A stretch of 64,000 nucleotides of DNA from Candidatus Rokuibacteriota bacterium (GTDB lineage Bacteria; Methylomirabilota; Methylomirabilia; Rokubacteriales; CSP1-6). Location: the NCBI GenBank assembly GCA_016193045.1, contig JACPSW010000007.1:6487-70486 (forward strand), in the 5' to 3' direction. Position numbers and translations under genes: made by a program. Numbering within the stretch: position 1 is the stretch's first letter; the number at the start of each line of letters is the position of its first letter. The notes under the pieces were generated by a model that saw only the letters and a list, made by a program, of their open reading frames with translations, ran no database searches and was not told the DNA's origin. This document shows positions 58,946 to 64,000 of this stretch, in pieces.

Positions 58946-60499
58946 ATGACCAAGGTGTTACGGCTGGCGCTCCTGACCCTGCTCTCGATTCCCACCGCGG
59001 CCTTCGCCGATCACCCCATCCCCGTCCAGGAGCTGGTGCTGCGGGCCAAGCCCGCCGTTGCCCTCGTAACGGCGCGAGTGGATGCCGAGGCCGTGGTGAA
59101 CTGCGGCGCGGGGGCGATCACGGTCAGGCCCGCGCCCTTCGTGGAGACCGGCACCGGCTGGTTCATCGACGGCCGCGGCTGGCTGATCACCAACGCCCAC
59201 GTCGTGGACCCGGCCCACCGGCTGCCTCCGTGGGTGACGCAGGAGCTCAAGAAGAGCGCCGTGGACGAAGCCTGCGTGAACCCCGTGCTCGCCCGGCAGG
59301 GGCTGATGCGCGGCCAGCGCCCCGACTTCGAGGACCAGATCCGACGCCGGGTGGACATGGGGAGCATCCGGCTCAAGCCGCTTCCCCAGGTGACGGTGCT
59401 CCTCTCCAGCGGCGCGCTGCTGCCGGCCGAGATCAAGAAGTTCAGCGCGCCGCTCCTGCTCGACGCGGCGGGCAAGCCCGTCGCCGACTCCGGCCGCGAC
59501 CTGGCGCTGCTCCGCATCACGGACGGCGTCTACCCGGCGCTCGCCCTGACCGACGAAGACTCCAAGATCGGGGAGCCCGTCCGCATCATCGGGTTCCCGG
59601 GCGTGGTGCTGAGCCACGAGCTCCTGAACAGGACCGCCGCCCTGGAGGCGTCGGTGACCACCGGCGCCGTCTCGGGGCTCAAGCAGGACGCCATCGGCCA
59701 GGACGTGATCCAGACCGACGCGTCGGCGGCGCCGGGTAACAGCGGCGGCCCGGCCATCGGCCACGGCGGCACGGTGGTGGGTGTCCTGACGTTCGTCTCG
59801 CTCTCGCCCTCGGGCGGGAGCATCGTCCAGGGCTTCAACTTCCTCATCCCGTCGCGCGACGTCAAGAAGTTCCTCCAGGGGACCGACGTGACGAAGCCCG
59901 GGGAGAGCCCGTTCAACACGGTCTGGGCCGCGGGCCTCCACGACCTCGGCCAGGAGAGCTTCAAGAGCGCGGCGGCGAAGTTCGCCGAGGCCAACAGGCT
60001 CCTCCCCGATCTCCCGGACGTCAAGCGCGCGCTCGCCGAGGCCGAGTTCAAGGTGAAGAACCCTCCCCCGCGCCCGTTCCCGTGGGCCTGGGTCACCCTG
60101 GGGCTCGCCGTCGTCAGCGGGGGCGGGTACGGGGCCATGTGGTATCGCCGCTGGCAGCGCAACCGCTTCCGTATCAAGGCCGGCGAGGTCGTCAGGATGC
60201 TGGAGGCCGGGGTCAACCCTCTCCTGCTCGACGTCCGGCAGGAATCCGCGGCCAAGACGGCGCCGCTCAAGATCCCGGGCGCCACCTACATCTCGCCGGA
60301 CACGCTGGAGCAGGGCCAGGCCGGCATCGAGGTGGACCCCAACCGGACCGTCGTCGCCTACTGCACCTGAACGGACGAGGCGACGAGCGCCCGTGTGGCG
60401 CAGCAGCTCCGGAACGTCGGCTACAAGGACGTGCGCATCCTCAAGGGCGGGCTCGGGGGCTGGGCCAACGCCGGCCTCCCCCTGGAGACCGCCAAGTAG
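58946..60499 (+). CDS. exported trypsin-like serine protease - TM - rhodanese fusion; candidate selenoprotein (UGA at 60368 read as Sec)
   Basis: Signal peptide, TNAHV/DLALL/GNSGGP triad, TM helix, LLDVR..KIPGA..VVAYCT-UGA-TDEATSARVAQQL..VRILKGGLGGWANAGLP, ending at TAG 60499. Confidence 0.82.
60371..60411 (+). other. putative bacterial SECIS element
   Basis: GCGCC-CGUGU-GGCGC hairpin whose loop begins 21 nt after the UGA; lower CGGA/UCCG pairing. Confidence 0.55.
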
Positions 60500-60503
60500 G
60501 CCT

Positions 60504-60562
60504 GGGGTCAGGCATGCGTTATTGCGTTTCCGGCCGCTACGCAAATACGCAAGCCTGACCCC
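60504..60562. repeat. REP-like inverted pair, possibly acting as terminator or mRNA stabiliser
   Basis: GGGGTCAGGCATGCGTTATTGCGT ... ACGCAAATACGCAAGCCTGACCCC. Confidence 0.7.
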
Positions 60563-60567
60563 GGCGG

Positions 60568-60597
60568 TTGACACTCCTGCCTGCGGCGCCCTACACT
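60568..60597 (+). promoter_or_regulatory. sigma-70 promoter
   Basis: TTGACA-18 nt-TACACT upstream of the crotonase gene. Confidence 0.5.
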
Positions 60598-60646
60598 CGG
60601 TCTCTGTCCACGCCGAACGCCATTCTCTTCATCCAAGGGGGACGCC

Positions 60647-61426
60647 ATGACGTACGCCGACATCCTCTACGAAGTCAAGAACCAGATCGCCTGGATCACC
60701 ATCAACCGGCCCGACAAGGGCAACACCTTCCGCCGCCAGACAGTCCTGGAGCTCATACAAGCGCTGAACGACGCCCGCAACGACCCCGACGTGAGGGTCG
60801 TCGTCCTCACGGGCGCCGGCGACCGCTTCTTCTGCATCGGCGGGGAGAAGGAGCCCACCGACGGCATGCTCCACTACCACAACGTCCCGCCGGTGGTGGA
60901 CCTCTACACGCTGATCGACCTGATGCCGGTGCCCGTTGTCGCGATGGTCAACGGCTTCGCCGTCGGCGGCGGGAACGTGCTGGCCAACATGTGCGACCTC
61001 ACGGTGGCCAGCGAGCAGGCGGCCTTCCGCCAGGTCGGCCCGTCCATGGGCTCCTACGACGCCGGCTTCGGCACGTGGTATCTGGAGGACGCCGTCGGGC
61101 GCAAGCGCGCGCGCGAGATCTGGTACCTGAACCGCAAGTACTCGGCCCGCGAAGCTCAGGCCATGGGGCTGGTCAACGAGGTCGCGCCCCCCGCCGAGCT
61201 GAGGGCGCGCACCGAGGCGCTCTGCGAGGAACTGAAGGCCCGAGGTCCCCAGGCGCTCGCGGCGCTCAAGGCGGCCTTCCACGCGCGGCACAACGGCGCG
61301 ACCGGCCTCTCCCGCGTCACCATCGACCACCTCGTCGCCCACTACTACCACACCGAGGAGTCCAAGGAGCTGGGCCGGGCCTTCAACGCCAAGGAGAAGC
61401 CCAACCCCGAGAGGTTCTACCGATGA
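60647..61426 (+). CDS. crotonase-family enzyme, MenB/BadI-like (naphthoate synthase or ring-cleaving hydrolase)
   Basis: ITINRP, FCIGG, VNGFAVGGGNVL, QVGPSMGSYDAGFG. Confidence 0.8.
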   Translation: MTYADILYEVKNQIAWITINRPDKGNTFRRQTVLELIQALNDARNDPDVRVVVLTGAGDRFFCIGGEKEPTDGMLHYHNVPPVVDLYTLIDLMPVPVVAMVNGFAVGGGNVLANMCDLTVASEQAAFRQVGPSMGSYDAGFGTWYLEDAVGRKRAREIWYLNRKYSAREAQAMGLVNEVAPPAELRARTEALCEELKARGPQALAALKAAFHARHNGATGLSRVTIDHLVAHYYHTEESKELGRAFNAKEKPNPERFYR

Positions 61427-62619
61427 GACCGCTCGACGGCATCAAGATCCTGGAACTGGCGCGGGTGGCGCCGGGGGAGTTCTGCACGATGCTGCTCGGC
61501 GACATGGGGGCGGAAGTGCTCAAAATTGAGACGCCACCGGCCGACGGCAAGCCCGACTTCCTGGACGACAAGCGCCGGGCGGCCTTCGCCTACATCAACC
61601 GGAACAAGCGGAGCCTGGCGCTGAACCTCAAGGCCCCCGAGGGCCAGGCGATCTTCCAGAAGCTCGCCGCGGGCGCCGACGTGATTATCGAAGGCTTCCG
61701 CCCCGGCGTCATGAAGCGGCTCGGCGGCGATTACGAGACGATCCGGAAGCTCAACCCGCGCATCGTGTACTGCTCCCTCTCCGGGTTCGGCCAGAACGGG
61801 CCCTACCGCGACTACCCGGCCCACGACATCAATTACCTGTCGCTCGCCGGCGTCCTGGGGCTGATCGGGGAACCCGACCGCAAGCCCGCCATCCCCCTGA
61901 ACATCGTCGCCGACTACGGCGGGGCGAGCCTTCACGGGGCGCTCGGCATCATGCTCGCGCTCTTCGCCCGCGAGCGGACCGGCCAGGGCCAGCACGTAGA
62001 CGTGGCCTACCTGGACACGACGCTTTCCCTGCTCGCGGCGACGCCGAACCTCCGCTTCTTCTTCAGCGACGGTCTCGCCCCCCGGCGCGGCGCCGGCTTC
62101 CTCGGCGGCTCCTACCCCTATTACGCGACCTACGAGACCAAGGACAAGAAGCTCCTCTCGATCGGCTGCACCGAGCCCTGGCTCTGGGAGAACTTCTGCA
62201 AGGCCATCGGGCGGCCCGAGTTCGTGAAGTACAGCCGCCTCGCCGACCAGTTCGTCCGCGCCGCCAATGCCGAGGAGATCAAGGCGCGGGAGGAGGTCGG
62301 GGCGATCATCCGGACGCGGACCCGCGACGAATGGTACGACTTCCTGGTCAAGCACGACGTCTGCGTCGGAAAGGTGTACGACGTCGAGGAGGTCTTCGAC
62401 GATCCGCAGGTGCAGGCCCGGCAGATGGTGGTGGAGACCGAGCACCCGGAGGCCGGCAAGGTGAGGGAGGTGGGCGTCGCCATCAAGCTGTCTGAGACGC
62501 CAGGGGCGGTGCGGCGCGCCGGGCCGTACCGGGGGGAGCACACGGACGAGGTGCTGCGCCAGCTCGGCATGAGCGAGGCCGAGATCAAGGAACTCCGCGA
62601 CGCGCGCGTGGTGGCGTGA
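61423..62619 (+). CDS. CaiB/BaiF family III CoA-transferase
   Basis: PLDGIKILE, NRNKRS..LNLK, EGFRPG, SLSGFGQ.GP, HDINY, ADYGG. Confidence 0.93.
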   Translation: MRPLDGIKILELARVAPGEFCTMLLGDMGAEVLKIETPPADGKPDFLDDKRRAAFAYINRNKRSLALNLKAPEGQAIFQKLAAGADVIIEGFRPGVMKRLGGDYETIRKLNPRIVYCSLSGFGQNGPYRDYPAHDINYLSLAGVLGLIGEPDRKPAIPLNIVADYGGASLHGALGIMLALFARERTGQGQHVDVAYLDTTLSLLAATPNLRFFFSDGLAPRRGAGFLGGSYPYYATYETKDKKLLSIGCTEPWLWENFCKAIGRPEFVKYSRLADQFVRAANAEEIKAREEVGAIIRTRTRDEWYDFLVKHDVCVGKVYDVEEVFDDPQVQARQMVVETEHPEAGKVREVGVAIKLSETPGAVRRAGPYRGEHTDEVLRQLGMSEAEIKELRDARVVA

Positions 62620-62626
62620 GGGCACC

Positions 62627-63088
62627 ATGGAAAAGCGCTACCTGACCAAGCAGATCCCGAGCAAGTGGCCCTTCTCCCACGGCGTGGCCATCAAGAATCC
62701 CGGCACGCTGGTCATCCTGGCCGGCCAGGTGGCCTTCGACCGCCACGGCCCCAACCGCCAGCTCGTCGGCCCCGGCGACCTCGCCGCTCAGACGCGCCAG
62801 GCCATTCTGAACATCCGGACGCTGCTCGGCCAGTGCGGCGCCACCCTGAAGGACGTGGTGGACCTGACCGCCTACCTGACGGACATCGGCCGCTTCGAGG
62901 AAGCCGGCCGCGTGGCGATGGAGTACTTCACCGACCCGCTGCCGACGCTAACGCTGATCGGGGTCAAGGCCCTCGCCTTCCCCGAGCTGCTCATCGAGAT
63001 CCGCGCCGTCGCCGTGCTTGCCGATCGCCCTGCCGCCGGGCGCGCCAAGCCCGCCCGGCGGAAAGCCACTAGGAGGCGCCGCAGCTAG
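62627..63088 (+). CDS. RidA/YjgF/UK114 family protein
   Basis: PFSHGV, LAGQVA, QTRQA..NI, LLIEIRAVA. Confidence 0.88.
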   Translation: MEKRYLTKQIPSKWPFSHGVAIKNPGTLVILAGQVAFDRHGPNRQLVGPGDLAAQTRQAILNIRTLLGQCGATLKDVVDLTAYLTDIGRFEEAGRVAMEYFTDPLPTLTLIGVKALAFPELLIEIRAVAVLADRPAAGRAKPARRKATRRRRS

Positions 63089-63114
63089 CCAGCGCAATGT
63101 GGAGGCTCGTACTT

Positions 63115-63187
63115 GTTCGAGCGCGGGCTTTGCCCGCGCAACCCGGGGGGGGAGGCATCGGAAGGGGGGCGGAGCCCCCCTCCGAGG
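63115..63187 (+). repeat. two-hairpin dispersed element (copy of 31861-31941)
   Basis: GTTCGAGCGCGGGCTTTGCCCGCGC...CGGAAGGGGGGCGGAGCCCCCCTCCGAGG. Confidence 0.8.
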
Positions 63188-63191
63188 ATGT

Positions 63192-64000
63192 ATGAGCGGG
63201 ATCGTCAACTGCGCCGCCTACGCCGGCGGCCGTCGCATCACCGACGTCAAGATCGAGGAGATCAGCGAGGTCCTGAAGCAGCCCGACCGCTTCGTCTGGA
63301 TCGGGCTCCACGAGCCGGACGCCGACCTCCTGAAGCAGGTCCAGGCGGAGTTCGGCCTCCACGACCTGGCGGTCGAGGACGCCCTCCGCGCCCACCAGCG
63401 CCCCAAGCTCGAGCAGTACGGCGACTCCCTCTTCATCGTCCTCCGGACGGCCCGGCTCAATCCGGAGCGGCGCGGGATCGATCTCGGGGAAACCCACCTC
63501 TTCGTCGGCGCGCGGTACCTCGTCTCGGTCCGTCACGGGGCGTCCCTCTCCTACGCCGACGTCCGCGCGCGCTGCGAAGCGACCCCCCAGCTCCTCGCCA
63601 AGGGTCCCGGGTTCGCGCTCTACGCGCTGATGGACTTCATCGTGGACCAGTACTTCCCAATCGTCGACGCCCTCGAGGGCGAGCTCGAGGCCCTCGAGGA
63701 GACGATCTTCGGCGAGACGCTCAGCCGGGCCACCACCTCGCGGATCTACGAGCTCAAGCGCGACCTGCTGGAGGTCAAGCGGGCGGTCTCGCCCCTGGTT
63801 GACATCTGCAACCGCCTGATGCGGTTCGATATCCCCCTGATCCCGGACGACACGCGCCTCTACTTCCGCGACGTCTACGACCACGCGATCCGGATCAACG
63901 AGATGGTGGACGTCCTCCGCGAGCTGCTCACCACCGCGCTCGAGGCCAACCTCTCGCTCATCGCCGTCTCGCAGAACGAGGCGATGAAGAAGCTGGCGGC
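63192..64000 (+). CDS. corA: magnesium/cobalt transporter CorA, partial (runs off window)
   Basis: Not in ORF track. Manual translation MSGIVNCAAY..FVWIGLHEP..FGLHDLAVEDA..HQRPKLEQY..YFRDVYDH..QNEAMKKL. Confidence 0.9.
   Translation, partial: MSGIVNCAAYAGGRRITDVKIEEISEVLKQPDRFVWIGLHEPDADLLKQVQAEFGLHDLAVEDALRAHQRPKLEQYGDSLFIVLRTARLNPERRGIDLGETHLFVGARYLVSVRHGASLSYADVRARCEATPQLLAKGPGFALYALMDFIVDQYFPIVDALEGELEALEETIFGETLSRATTSRIYELKRDLLEVKRAVSPLVDICNRLMRFDIPLIPDDTRLYFRDVYDHAIRINEMVDVLRELLTTALEANLSLIAVSQNEAMKKLA

Noticed and set aside
60647-61426. Calling the crotonase menB
   Set aside because: The motifs diverge from MenB and no other menaquinone genes are adjacent, so the symbol was withheld.

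Overview
A very GC-rich bacterial chromosome segment, densely coding, with no rRNA, tRNA, CRISPR array, integrase or transposase visible. The gene content and repeat style suggest Candidatus Rokubacteria/Methylomirabilota, but that is an inference. From left to right: a Lon-N-domain gene and mrp; a flavin reductase/DegT/GT4/MsbA envelope operon; a decayed UPF0104 gene; a three-part PlsA/PlsR(Ger)-like ATP-dependent reductase system; nadE; arsR-arsM; a ~31 kb minus-strand block for phosphorus and nitrogen acquisition (LOG-phoU-pstBACS-phoRB, ureDGFECBA, urtEDCBA, an ANTAR regulator, a porin, glnA-amtB-glnB and a sigma-54 two-component system); a cluster with all five cof genes plus F420-dependent enzymes; an exported M16 peptidase pair; a trypsin-TM-rhodanese fusion; a crotonase/CoA-transferase/RidA operon; and a partial corA. 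The strongest signal missed by the ORF track is that the trypsin-TM-rhodanese gene reads through an in-frame UGA in a C-x-U motif followed by a SECIS-like hairpin, making it a candidate membrane-spanning protease-selenoprotein. Also notable: a readable sigma-54/enhancer/ANTAR nitrogen circuit with a pseudo-receiver ANTAR protein, lesions in the urea genes, and palindromic elements that insert inside genes or supply ribosome-binding sites. All calls come from manual translation and motif recognition; no database searches were run.
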